From Phoronis australis (taxonomy: Eukaryota > Animalia > Phoronida), in contig NMRA01000013.1 in the NCBI GenBank assembly GCA_002633005.1, positions 168,033 to 232,032 on the forward strand: a stretch of 64,000 nucleotides of DNA, in the 5' to 3' direction. The number at the start of each line of letters is the position of its first letter. Positions within the stretch are counted from its first letter, which is position 1. Position numbers and translations under genes: made by a program. Below the pieces are notes generated by a model. It ran no database searches and had not been told where the DNA came from. It was given only the letters and a program-made list of their open reading frames with translations. Positions 39,617 to 52,552 of this stretch are shown piece after piece.

Positions 39617-42207
39617 TGAAACACTTGAAAGAAACGAGGACACACATTTCTTAGACACTATGCCCGGGTGTTTGGATTATCGCATTAAACTAGCAGGCAA
39701 TGAAGTGTACAGTGTTTCGACTACAAACTATCAAGAATATGACCGATGAAACAAGTCGTTGGTACCATGTGATCAGTTGGCGTCTACGCCTTCACGCGCG
39801 GACTAAGGGTGCGCCCCGGGCCAACCAATAGGGGCCCGTGGTATGACGGGCCGGCTGATCCCGCCGCGGCAAACCGTTAAATAACTCGTTCTAATCTACA
39901 ACAGTGATGAAAACCTTGGCAGCAGGTAGAAGGGCACACAAGCAGAGAGTGTGAATTGCCGAGAACGTTTGTACCGTAAAACGATTAGGATTTCTGGTCG
40001 AGTCCCATCGCGACATCCTAGATCCGGGACAGATAAACGTGAGGTTAGTTGGAGTGCTGAAATGCTATGCGTGAACTTGATCCTGCTTGACCTCAAGGTT
40101 GCGTGTGCGTGAACTTGGAATTAAATATTCAGTATGCCAATCAGTTGAAGAATTTTTGTAATAATTGAACTCACGGTCACTTTTTTCTCTTTACCGGAGC
40201 TTGTGTCACAGAATTGTAGGAATGTCAGGTGGTTAAGGAACAGTTTTTTGGGTGAATATCGCCAAGAGTTGAAGAGAGGCTGGTTAAAATTTACATTGCA
40301 ATTAGTAGGCCCCTATAACTGAACATGTGATTTGCTTTAGTGCAGTGCGAAATTTTAACGAAGAGGCGATTGTTTAAGTGAACTTGGAAATTGGAAGTTT
40401 CAGCATGTATTCCGAGTTCACGTAGGCGTGATGTTGGGATAAGCAGTGATTCCAGCAATGAGATATGTATAGCTTATTGGATTCATAGTTCACCAACGCA
40501 CACCGGCAGCAAAACTCAAATACGTTTTGCCATGGTCGACAGGTGTCGCTTTACTTATACGACTGAGTAAGGTTACTGACCGACTACTGCGGCTGTTTGG
40601 CGTTAGTTTCTTCGTGACGAATAGTTTTAGCTCACTTCTATGTGTCGTGAAGTCTTTAATGTGCCGAGAAATTCGCTAGAGCCTCTTACGTGAGGGGTGC
40701 GCGCATTCCCGTCCACTTGTAGCGTAAGAGTTACCTAATGGCGTCCGGCGTACTCCGCTGAAACCGTGACCGAGAGAGCGGTGAATCGTGTAGCGCATTC
40801 AGCCTCCTCAAATTCTCCAGATTACAAAAAATCAGATAGAAAGTGGAAATCAACAACCAGAGATTTTACGAATCCTAATTAGATCTGCTTATTATCAACT
40901 TACCGTTTGGAAGCAACGATTTGGGCCGGACCGCGACGGAGCACTAGAATTACAAGCCCGGCAAGAAGTGAGTCAAATGCGGAAGTTGTAAACTACACCA
41001 TAGGAGAAAACCGTTCACTCAGCACATTGCAATTAAGCATGTGGAAACACAAGTTGACTTAAACTTCCGATCTGGAAGGCCAAGTTGACAAAATGGGCCG
41101 GCCAACAGCCTACAGACGGAGTGGACCGTCGATGGGGCAATGTTCATGTCTCCGCCTACACTCGGACGACGCCTGACTACAGCACTCGACGGTAGTTTAT
41201 AGGCTGGTGTCACTGACACTGACTGACCTCTGAGCACTGAAATGTGACATGAGTGGTGACCGACTGCAGAGGCCGCTATACATACCGGTATAGCTTCGAA
41301 ATAGGTTATTCCTCTGTGGAACTCACTGATGCGTATCGATTTCGGAAACGATGATTGAACAGTATGAGCATATTTAACATCCACTTGCTAACTTGGTTTC
41401 ACATTAGACGGTCAAAACAAATGTTCCTGTATAAATAAACCCATAAGGCCGGGGTGCCTTTCTGGGTGATTTTCCATCTAAAATTATTCAGTACCAAATT
41501 TTCTCCTTAAACTAAATACTCATATGTCGCTTGTTAAAATTAAAATTAGACCTCAAATTTCAGGAACTTTCTTTGGAACATTCAAATTACAATACAAATA
41601 CAAATTACTTGGTGTCACCGATTGACGACACATCATCATGAAGTAAGTCGTGACAATGTTTCTGAGGGTGTCTCCAAAGATACGACAGACTCGAGGCTGG
41701 ACGTTTAAGACGTATTAGCCTCTACTAAGTTCCTAGAGAGGGCAATGCGAGGGGTTTCTGTGTGTTACCCCATGTTTGTATTGTACTGTGTGGTCCGGTT
41801 GCACAACCAATTTGAATAATAAACCTTTAAACTGAAGATGCAACAACCGGTTGCCAGGATCACCCTGAGTGTCCATTTCCAACAAAATCTTTTTTGCTGA
41901 AGACGATGTATCTCTCAATTTTAGTCCTCAATAAATATTGTTCACCCAAACCAGCAACTATTTTTTCGCACTAAATCACATGTGAGATCAGCTTCAGTGT
42001 CTCAGTGGGATGGCAGCTAATAAAGGTCTGAGGTTTCTGTGGGAGAAATAACCACCCCAGATATGCGTCAGCCACAGCACCAAACTCAAGACAGGTGTTG
42101 CATAATTCAAAGTGAGTTCTTTGTTCTCAGGCGAATACGCGACAATATATACCAATTAAGGAGGAACACCTGATACGCCGTAAAATGTAACAATTTCGTA
42201 AAATTTA

Positions 42208-43467
42208 ACGTAGAAAATAAATCTGAAACTAAATAAGGCGATCTAGATCCTCCCAAGGATACTATTGTTTCACGAAATGTAGAAAAAAATCGGTAAATAA
42301 AACAACAAGAATGGATCAACTGAAATTTGAAATTATCGGATGTAATAACTTCCTTTGTCAACAGAAACAGAAATAAAGTCAAACACTATATGACAATTGA
42401 CATATAAGATATGGTGTAATGAATATGATACATTTTTGCGTAAAAAATTGAATGACATATTTTAAGAAGTTTTTATGTTCAATCCATGAGGTTCTATTGT
42501 ATTGAGCTTGTCTATCCAATATTGTTCTCTTTTGGGCCTGTGAAGGGTACTGGGGTGTTGGAGTTTTTCTATTATTTGTACAGAAAGATCTTGAATATTA
42601 TGGTTTTTGGAATTGAAATGATTACCTATAGTATCACAAATGTTTTTATGTAATGTGTTAAATCTATGATTACGAAACCGAGTTTGTAGATTATGTTGAG
42701 TTTGTCCTACGCATTGGATAGAACATTTTTTACAAGTTATAAGGTAAATAATATTGTTGGTGGTGCAATCAGAATAATGTTTTATTTCAAAGTATTCATT
42801 GGTTTGGGAAGACTGGAAAGAAGGGCTATCGTTGACAAAGTTACACATTTTACACCTAGTTTTGTTACATTGTGTGTTGCCAATAGGTTTGTCAGTTTGG
42901 TGTATATTGTCGATATTAGCTTTTACTAAATAATTTTTTAGATTTTTACATTTTCTCCAAGAAATTATGGGTGGATGAGGAAATAGGTTTTTCATTTGAG
43001 GGGAAATATGCAGCGTGGAAAGATGTTTTCTGAAGGCGTGGCTAATTCCGTTTAAACATGGATTGAACATAGTTATGAATGGTATTCTATTAGTAGTATT
43101 GCCTTTAGTTTTAGTTCTTAAAGATTCATTTCGTGTAATTGAACGGACTTTGTCAAATTGTTTGTGTATAAGATGTAAGGGGAAATGACGTTGAATTAGA
43201 TAGTACTTGAGTTCTTTTAAACGGTTATTAAAGGAAGTTTCTTCTGAACAAATGCGTCGAATTCTTATGGCAAGGCTATATGGAAGGCTTTTCTTGCAAT
43301 GAAAGGGATGACACGAGTGATATGACAGATATTGGTGTTTGTCACTTTCTTTACAGAATGTTTGATTTTACTTTATTTTTGTTTCTGCTTCTGTTGACAA
43401 AGGAAGTTATTACATCCGAAAATTTCAAATTTCAGTTGATCCATTCTTGCTGTTTTATTTACCGATT
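42208..43467 (-). mobile_element. 5'-truncated Penelope-like retroelement (Neptune-type) with inverted pseudo-LTRs
   Basis: Frame 43358..42462 is open: KESDKHQYLSYHSCHPFHCKKSLPYSLAIRIRRICS (RT thumb), CNKTRCKMC linker, IIYLITCKKCSIQCVGQT..LQTRFRNH..REQYWIDKLNTIEPHGLN (GIY-YIG endonuclease). The 3' region 42289-42386 recurs inverted at about 43358-43467. Confidence 0.9.
43391..43435 (+). ncRNA. Minimal type I hammerhead-ribozyme-like motif (U3-A8 variant) in the PLE pseudo-LTR
   Basis: CTG-TTGACAA-A-GGAAGT-TATT-ACATCC-GAA-AATT-T-CA. The core and helix II layout match minimal PLE hammerheads. A copy at 42320-42364 (-) has GAAA changed to GATA. Confidence 0.6.
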
Positions 43468-43640
43468 GATGTAAAATTTAACAACTGTTACATTTTACGT
43501 CATTGTTACATTTTAGGTCGCAAGGCCTCTCCTAAAATGTAACAAGTTGTTACATTTTATGTAATTGTTACATTTTACGTCGAATACACATGCGAGAAAT
43601 GTACCACTGTTACATTTTACGAAAGCGACGTCACATTTCA
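43468..43640. repeat. TAAAATGTAACAA direct/inverted repeat arm of a non-autonomous element
   Basis: About six copies of TTGTTACATTTTA / TAAAATGTAACAA; reverse-complement homolog at about 47085-47215. Confidence 0.8.
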
Positions 43641-44735
43641 TGAGTTTCCCTGGTATTAATCACACGGAGAAAAACGATTCATGCACTTAACGCCTTCTTT
43701 CTCGGATTGTTTGAATGAAATTCTGTCAAATGTCCCAGCTCGAATTTATAGATGTGTCCCTATGTACTTTCCATTGTTGTTTTAACATGAGTAGTTTTTG
43801 GTATAGTCAAAAATGTACCCCATACAGTTTCAACTCCAGAAGAAAGGGGTTTCCAGGATAAGATAACACGTTTTATTCGGCTAAATCACAATCAAGGTCC
43901 ATATTCGAGAGTTGACTGTGTTACGGTCTAATATAAATTTTTTGGTCACTTACCAAATGCCAACTGAATCTCATATGCAAAGAGTTGTTTAGTTGTGCAA
44001 ATTAAAAAAGAATCATCAAAATCGGACAATGTTTGAAAAATCTATGCATGTTTTTATCGATGAATTTCATGCATTTTTAGCGTTACGAGTGGCCATTTTA
44101 AAAATTACAATTTTCAACTGTCAGCAGTAGAAAAGAAATTTATTTTATCAAGTAAGCAATTGCTTAGATATGACTGGGAATAACTTGAGTCACTTCGCTA
44201 GATGTTATCACACGCTCACAACCGCCCCTACGTCTGGTAAAGTCTACTGAACGGGAAAACGCTGTCATGGGATTGGCACACTTATTGCGGGTGCCACTGT
44301 GTTCTGCTAATTCACACCTTCTTGTGGGGTAGATTTTCCTGTAGGAAGTCGGCTAGTAGTGCACTATTTGGGGATAGAGCCAATGCACGTGGGCCTTTTG
44401 CAAGGACGAAATGGAAATTTAGGGGCCTATTGGACCTCGCGCGGGTTCCGCAAAACTTGTCTTGAAAAAGTGCAGCCACGCCCGCGGGCACATTGTCACA
44501 ATATAAGCGAACCCTCGAAATTACACCGATTCCATACGTTTGCCTTATTCGGGTCTTTTGGAAAATTCCTCCAGTGGACACAATAAACCAAACATTTTGA
44601 CTTTCGAGTTAAATCAAATGAAATAAAATTCATTTTCCGACTTTTCTGATCAGTACTTCTGTGTTGCGACAAAAAAGCCCGAAAACAACTTCTGAACGGT
44701 CTGCCCTGAAAAAAACACCCCCGGCCACCGCCATC

Positions 44736-44738
<3 letters not shown>

Positions 44739-44781
<43 letters not shown>

Positions 44782-44782
44782 N
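44739..44782. repeat. Poly-C tract next to an N (length unreliable)
   Basis: Run of more than 40 C ending at an ambiguous base. Confidence 0.8.
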
Positions 44783-46609
44783 GCACCAAGCTCGGAGCTC
44801 GATCAAATCCGTCATTCAAAACAGGTTTGTTGTGGCGAGCAGGTTATTCACGCAGCATAAAGCGACAAGCCACGTGATTGGTGAGAAGAGCCACCTGTTT
44901 GTGGTAATGCCTTGGATGAGATACCTTCTGCGTTCCCACATAAAATTGTTGCGTGTTTTGTATGTCCGTTACCAGCTTTTCTAATGACCCAGTGACCGCA
45001 GTCGCTAGTTCTCGAAAACATGTCTACCAGAATTCAACTTAAAGCAATTTTTGAACTCACATCTTGGAACGAGACCCAGTTCTTTGAACAGGAATGTTTT
45101 CAATAAGAGACAAAATTATAATACGGTGGGTATAATCACGTTTAGATGTAAGTCTCCCCAGTCTGAATTCAGTTTTCGAGGCGAACTACAGGATATAAAT
45201 ATACTTACAAACAATACCGTGCTTGCCGATAGATCAGAAATAATCAATTTTTGGAATGGCGCAAGTCTAAACGAGATCTCAACCTCTTCGTTTCCAAAAA
45301 GTAGGCCTACTCGGCATCCACAGTTGCGATGACAGATGACGTTTCTCATAACATCGTTAACTCAAGGCTGACTAGGAACACCTTAAGGTCCTAGAAGCAC
45401 ATCTTTTAACCCTAATGGTTAGAAGATAATCTAAGGAACCACGCACTACTTATCCCATAACCAATACACAAGCCGTAGTCGAAGAAAGTTTAAATAAACT
45501 CACTCAATTCCGACCCGAAGATCACACCGCCATTTTGAACTAACCGCGAAACCGGAAGTACAATCACTCAAGAACCCAGGCTAAGTACATGTATACGCCG
45601 GCTGTGCGACTGGAGCAGCGCCTGTTACCAGGCTGCAAACGGGGATAAAATAATCGACAGCGGACCTCAACTTTACTTAAGACAAACTAGGGACAATTTG
45701 TACTGAATATGTTAACAAAATGTGACAAAATAAATTTTGACAAATTATTGCCCGACTCAAACTGCAACCGATGACCTCGGTGCAGACCGATCGACTCGCA
45801 CTAACAAAAGACGAAGGCACGCCGTCTCCGGCTGTTCTATCGGAATAAATGGTTCAAATCATAAATGCCATATACAATACATACACAGACAATTTCCGAC
45901 AATTGTCAAAATTATGGACAAGTAACAATATAGCGATTGAATAACGACGGGCCGTCGGACTATGGCGGCCTACTGACATAGGAGGCTAAGCGAGTTTTAC
46001 TGGGTTTAACTAACTCTGGTAAACAAAAAGTATGTAAACAGCACAACGAACACGCAACATCAAATTATTGAATAAAATTGCTATACAGCTAGTATTACGG
46101 CGTTTTCCCGCCGCTCCCAACTTATTCGATTCAAAAGCCCAACAAGAAGTTGGGAAGAACACCCCTGTAGCATATCTTACATGACTGATTAACTCCATTC
46201 TGGCATTTATGGTTGAAGAGCCAGCTCACTTTTGTTCGATAATTGTTCTAATCTCCGGTAAGATCATATCTAGCCTGACTGGACTGTGCTGCTAAAAATA
46301 AAAGTGAAGTTATAACACATTTGAACATAAACCAATAACATTTCTGAAATCCTCAATCAAATGGTGATCATGTTTAGTTTTTGAATTGCCAAAATCGCCT
46401 AACTGCAACCGAAGTTTCGACAATCCATTCTTAACTAGAATGCCCTTTGAGATAAGGACTTCAAGCACTCGCTGTCCATTATGGGAAGCCCGGTGAAAAC
46501 GATGAACCACAAATGATATGATTTTAAAATCTTTGAGGACCATGATATATCAGTTCTTTGCTAAAACATGTATTATTTATATTGAACTGTGTCCTTGTCA
46601 AATAAATTC

Positions 46610-46646
<37 letters not shown>

Positions 46647-46740
46647 GTGATAACGATACCGATAACGAGTAATAGTAGTGAAGGTAGTAATGGTAGCAAT
46701 AGGAGTAATAGTGAGGTAATAGTAATAAATATGATAATGG
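46610..46740 (+). repeat. (AAT)n microsatellite decaying into (AGT/GAT)n; possible LINE 3' tail
   Basis: About 12 perfect AAT units directly after AATAAA. Confidence 0.85.
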
Positions 46741-47330
46741 GTATCTAGATTTATGCCGTGTCAGCAAGGAGGGCATTCTTATAGAAGAGGTAAACCAAAA
46801 GGGTGTTTTTCACACCAAAATTATTCTCCAATGGTGCCATTTTCAACAAAATACTCAGTATATAAAAGGGTGCCTTTCTGAATTTCTGGAACAGAAATGT
46901 GCGGAAATGTGAGTGTTTACACAAAATTAATCTCTAAATCGGTCTCTTTTTGTCCAAGCCCACTCTCTAAACGCGTAGGTACTCAAATTTAGGCGGGCGG
47001 CAGCCCTAGTCCAAAAATACTCGAGTACTGACCCCCGGGCCGTGTCAGATACCACTTGTTCGTGACTTTGGTCATTTTCTTTGTAATATGACGTTGGCTT
47101 CTTAAAATGTAACAATGGTACAATTCTCGCATGTGCATTCGACGTAACAACTTGTTACATTTTAAGAGGGGCTTAGCAACGTAAAATGTAACAATGATGT
47201 AAAATGTAACATTTTACGTAGAAAATAAATCTGAAACTAACTAAGGCGATCCACATCCTCCCAAGGATACTATTGTTTAACGAAATGTAGATACAAATAC
47301 TAGGTAAATGAAGCAACAAGAATGGAACAA

Positions 47331-47368
47331 CTGAAATTTTCGGATATAATAACGTCCTTTGTCAACAG
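47331..47368 (-). ncRNA. Minimal hammerhead-ribozyme-like motif (best-preserved copy)
   Basis: Minus strand CTG-TTGACAA-A-GGACGT-TATT-ATATCC-GAA-AATT-T-CAG, with helix I CTG/CAG and palindromic helix III AATT. Confidence 0.6.
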
Positions 47369-47505
47369 AAACAGAAATAAAGTAAAATCAAACACTGTAT
47401 GACAATTGACATTTAAGATGTGGCGTAATGAATATGATACATTTTGAATATGATACATTTTTGCGTAAAAAATTCAATGATGTAATTCAATGATACGAAA
47501 TTGTT

Positions 47506-48116
47506 CATAGGCGGATTTGGGGGGGGGGGGAAGGGGGCCCGGCCCCCACCCCCTTGCTGGTAAGATGTGAATTTTAATCGAAGCCTCAGTGAATCACTCA
47601 GAAACTCGCAATACTCTCCTTGTCAAGCCTTATCTTAAGACGATTTCCAAAGCAATCCCGTCCCGGATTTGGTCTTTTTGGCATTTGAAGACTATTTTAA
47701 ATACGACAAATTTGTTAAGAATCGATGGCACAAAATACAAAACGTGTAATAAGCATTACAAAAAGGAGAAGGTTTCGTGTGCAAACACTGTGGACCATAA
47801 ACAAGTAGGTCTCTTGGTATGCGATTAGAAGTAAAATCGTTGTGGTGTAGTGGTAACGCACGCGCCCACTAATCGGCAGGTCGGGAGTTCGGTTCTTTGA
47901 TACTTGCAGTTTTTTTTTTCAGCCTTTTTTCTTGAATAATACTTCAGGAGGTAAAAACAGAAAAAATTCCTGAGCGGCAGGGGGGCAAACCCCCCTCCCG
48001 ACCTCTCCCCATTCGGTGCTATGTGCATCTACAATCGTGGTTCAGTTTTCGCAAATTCTTACAGCCGGAAAAAAATGTTGGCCCTCCCCCCTTGTGATAT
48101 CCTAGATCTGCCACTG
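47506..48116. mobile_element. hAT-like MITE nested in the composite element, itself containing a tRNA-derived SINE head (about 47837-47900)
   Basis: Ends CATAGGCGGATTT / AGATCTGCCACTG with G/C runs and ATTGTT on both flanks. Internal A box TGGTGTAGTGG and B-box-like GAGTTCGGTTC. Confidence 0.65.
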
Positions 48117-49282
48117 CATTGTTACATGTTACGGCGTAAGACTTCATAAATTCATTGTAAATTAATGGTGTTCATATAATCAGTTCGTTATCCTTCGTGC
48201 GTCCCTCATTTCTCGTTTCGCAGCCGTAGAATACTAAATCTAATGGGTGCAGCAACGAATCACCTAAACACCCAGTCAGTTATATAGTATTTGATCACGT
48301 AGCTGTAAACTGGGCATCGCTCTCGCTATACAGTGACACCGTCTCTAAATGAACTACAGACGGTGAAGCTCCTAAGGGGAGCCGGGAAGCTTTTCGGCGA
48401 ATCATGTCTCACACTGCGTAAAATCAAAGTCAAGTTTTTATAGGAAAAGCTACCTTTTGTGCATAAAGGGACACTTTAGGTCGTCATATCCTCTGCCCTA
48501 TGCTGTGTAAAAATGGCCAGTCTCCAATTTTGGGAACGAAGGACTGCTCGAAGAAAAAGTTTGATAATGGGAGTATTTGTTCGAGTTGGAGGGAATTTAA
48601 GACATCGACGGCCTCCGAAGGTGTTCCTCTGTGCGTAACAGGCACTTATAACAACGTGAATTTGATTTTTTAATCATTGTACGGCATAATTCGCCGAAAA
48701 GTTTCCGGCGTATGAAGCTCCAATAGGATCTACACCTGAGCCAACTAGAAACGGTGGTTACGCTCCCGCAAGCGATGGTCATTCATTCCACTCAGGCTAA
48801 AAGTCCGATTTGTGGTCACCTCAGTACGAAAATTATACCACTTTAGAACGCTCGATTCGAAAAATTTCAAAATATCTTGCAGTTGATCGACTCACTAATT
48901 TTACCCGCAGTCGTGCTAAGGGTATTTAAAAGAATGCAAGAGTCAAACAATCGTTAATCTTACTGACACCACTATGTATATCTCGTTTTTTCAACTAAGA
49001 CGTACTAGGTGATTGACTTCGTTTTACAACTAGTCATCGCTCGTGACACTACCAAAAAAGCGCCCATTGCCACAATGGGGCCATGGGCGATTTGTGGGAC
49101 ATGAAGAGAGAAATACCGCCAATGGGGATTAGTATTGGTGGAGACAAGGTGATGTTGGTAGTGACCCGGAGCTATCCCTAAAGATTAGGGGCCCTCGAGA
49201 TCGATCGAGTTTTATAAAGCACTCCCTTTGTTTCGTAACTATAGTTTCTTTTACTTTTCCGGTACATAAAATTTTGATAGCG

Positions 49283-49355
49283 CTTGGACGGCGCATCATA
49301 GGGGGCTGGGGGCCGGGGCTATATCCCATATTTTTTCAGTGCTGCGCCACCCATG
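49283..49355 (+). mobile_element. Degenerate copy of the ~68-bp micro-MITE
   Basis: CTTGGACGGCGCATCATAGGGGGCTGGGGG...TTCAGTGCTGCGCCACCCATG; no clean TSD. Confidence 0.75.
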
Positions 49356-52301
49356 TGATGCTTTAAATGATAACCAAACTGTACATCTTACGCACATCAC
49401 GCATTTTTTCGAATATGTGCTCTTAAACCAAGATCTTTTTCACTTTTTGAGAGTATAAATTGTCGAGATATGTTCAAAACAGTATTACACATCTGCTAAA
49501 AATCCATACAGATACAACAAAATCAACTTCTGCTAGTCGTCGTTTTCGTTCAGTTTCTCTCGGTTCTTGGCCTTTTGAAAACTGAAAGGGCTGCACTGCA
49601 TTCTCCTAATTTAATTTTTAACAAATAAACAATTAAAAGAAAAATACTTGATTCGACTGGTGTTCTAGGCTTAGGTGACCGAGTATACAAACAATTTGGA
49701 AATCGGTGGACCAGTTTCAAAGAAATAAGCAAAACCATGAAATAGGTAGGCTTATGCCCACAAGAAGCTAAACAAGATCGGAGGGCAAGTGACCAGTCAG
49801 TTTGCGTAGTTCGGCCGAGTTGCACTTCTCATTAAATATAACACCGTTTTCTGAAGAAAGTCAAAACATCTGTTACTGAAGAAACAAGGTTTTGCATGTT
49901 TACGAAATATACGGTAGCTGACAATCGAAATGTTCTTGACAAAAATGGCCCAAACTGGATAACCGGTGAGCTTATTCGCAGTTCGTTGTCCGAACTAGCA
50001 ATATAGGGCTCTGTTGTGTTCATGAAACAGCTTCTGTATTTATACATGTATGGAATTGGGCTTACAACCTGTAGAAGGTGCAGACCTACATCCAGCCTCG
50101 GACTAATATCCCGGCTATACATGTAGCTTTCAAAAGAAACCAAAGAACTAACTACGTGAAAAGGAAAAATGCACGCTCTTGCCAGAAACGACGTCAGCCT
50201 TGGTGTATCAGTGTACAGCTGACGGGTTGCCTACAGGCTGTTATCATATCATTTGTCATGCCTTTTTGCACTTTTGTATGATAAACAGATTCCTCGAAAC
50301 AATGACTTATACCTCAAGAAGCGTTCACATATTACGTCATCCAAAATTTGACACTTTTTACTCACCAACCCCCCTCTCTGTCATTACTGATCGCCATAAT
50401 AAAACCTCTCCCCGTCCAGCCTCATTACTTTATCACAGCCAACCCCAAAGGTTCTTTTGTGGACATATTCGCTAAAGAAAACACAGAATCGAAATTGATT
50501 CCAAGACGGTGAAATCAATTCTGTAAAAAAGTTCTAATGCCTGTAAATGATGCGAAGTCTCCTCTGCTAGATGCAAATCTTCATCTGGTCAGCTATAAAC
50601 ATAAACAGAATGCCGTTTGATGAGTCCCTGGTCGTACCTGTCTCTTATAGTGACAGTTATGCTAGGACTCAGTGATATACCTACAAACCGATTCACAGCC
50701 GAGCCTCGAATCGGAGAGGTTTTCCTATCATTTCTGAAACAATTTTCGATTCCCATCACTAGTGTGGTGCTTTTATTGTTATCCCACTGGATCCAAGTTT
50801 TTAATAATGGGTAGACCATACTTTTCCGTGAACAACTTCTCTGCATTTCTACAATTTAACAGCATTTTTACAAAAGTCTTCGAAAATGCATAATCCATAC
50901 ATGTCCAGGTCTATTGACGTTATTTAAATTCTCTTAAGCTATTTTTTAAACAAGATATCAGCCAAATTGGCAACACTTCACACTATCCATGAGAGATTAC
51001 TAAAGAACTAATTGTTCAGCAGGGTTAATTTAGAACTCGGGGATTCCTAAAGTTGGCACCAAGCAGCTCACACGCCCATCTCTGGTCTCATCATTCTTTC
51101 ACATGAGTAACAGTTAAACATCAATCCATTAACTGCTGTTAGCAAGTGGATAACAGACTTCCTAAATCGCTTTGATTCGGTGATTTGGTTACACCATTTC
51201 TAAAATATATTGGTCTAATCATTTACACCAGCCTCTAGCCTATTTATAATGGCAATGCGTTTCGTTAGGTCATTTTTCTGGCCATCTTCAATGACTGAGT
51301 GGCCCGATGGCTCAGAGTGCTGTATAGACAACCGGAATGTCCAGGAATTCTGCATTGCACCAGGACAAAAATACAAGTTCCCACCATGATTGTACCAGAA
51401 ACTCGGCTCGCTCTTCTAAGAACACTAAAACACCTGAAGATCTCCAAAACTAAAATAAGTCAGAGGTTTGCGTAAATAGAATAGATTAAGAAATGGTGTT
51501 AAGTGCGACATGAAGTAGAGCACCCAAATGAAGTGTTATAAGTCTAATTTCAAGATGCAAAATCCAAAATCGAATTAGACCTTTTGCTCTCATAAAATTG
51601 GTCTCAAAATATTCTTTGCCACGAAATGGTTCTATTTCTGTTCCAACTAGAACATCGCAACCATCAGCGACTCAAGAAAATGCTTCAGCGTTCATTCGAT
51701 AAAAGACTTCACAGACCGTCACAATTATTCTCATTTTACAAGTGTACAAACCACACGCTTTTCCCGATCCCCTCTCCAACCCCTTAAAAGCATACTAAAA
51801 GGCAATTATTTATCAGTTCTAAATCATGCTGTTAAACAGCAACTTTGCGTCGCAGTAAAATGTCAATGTTGATTTGTAAAGTGGCATGGTAGAAACATAA
51901 ACCATGAACGTCAAACAATTATTTTTGAATTTTGTTTATACCTGGTTGGATCTTGACAGCATTTGTGCTATCAATTATTTCATTATTTTTTTACAGTGTA
52001 CAGCAAGCCCCTCCCCCAAAAGCTTATGGTTTGTATGCTTGTGAAAATGGTGCTAACTGCAAAACATCCCTATTTCAATATTTTTAGCTTGCATAAAAAG
52101 TGAAATGCCACTTTAAGTATCAACATGACACTCCATTTTGGTGATCCCCGACTTTGAGAGACAATTAAATCCACAAAATTAAGTAATTATCTGGAACTCA
52201 AAATCAGAGGCAAAAAGGGATTATTGGCCCTTTCCAATGATCTACAGGTTTGTAATCCAATAGTCTTCTAGCTACAAGCTGGTTGTTGAAGAGTCAACCA
52301 G

Positions 52302-52552
52302 CTACGAGTTGGCTGTCACGGTCTTGGCATGTTTCACACTGTCCTCTATAATGTGCATTTTGTTCTTGAAATAGTCTCTAAACCAATTGATGTGTTCCAC
52401 TTTCTGTTGTACGCTGATGTAAGGATTCTTGGAGAGCCCCACTGTCACCAGCTCTATGAAGTGACGTAGGGGGCCTGTCTTGGGGAAGTCCTGAATATGT
52501 TTCTCTAGGAATACGTGCTCATGGAATGGGACATTGGCCTCATCAACCCATC
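52302..52552 (-). CDS. MRPS31: Mitochondrial ribosomal protein S31, last coding exon
   Basis: ctttag| [62 protein letters not shown]...ANS*, the conserved mS31 C-terminus. Confidence 0.95.

Larger units (their letters stand above)
47085..48139. mobile_element. Second composite copy: TAAAATGTAACAA arm + PLE pseudo-LTR (47216-47490) + nested MITE + terminal TTGTTACATGTTACGGCGTA
   Basis: 47216-47490 is homologous to 42208-42460; 47085-47215 is the reverse complement of 43470-43640; the end at 48119-48138 is complementary to TACGCCGTAAAATGTAACAA at 42174. Confidence 0.75.

Noticed and set aside
40436-40450. TGGGATAAGCAGTG motif, also seen inverted near 45445, as a retroelement primer-binding site
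   Set aside because: I could not identify flanking LTR pairs or match it to a tRNA 3' end.
43468-43620. CRISPR-like repeat-spacer array
   Set aside because: Eukaryotic context, repeats in mixed orientation with irregular short spacers, and no cas genes.
45500-45583. Housekeeping-type promoter (CCGGAAGT, CGCCATTTT, minus-strand donor GTGAGT)
   Set aside because: The motifs abut a CCAGGCTA MITE-like terminus and no downstream exon can be linked; unresolved without transcript data.
50580-51330. Degraded L1/Tx1-like reverse transcriptase on the minus strand
   Set aside because: Only faint motif resemblance across broken frames; not supportable by eye.
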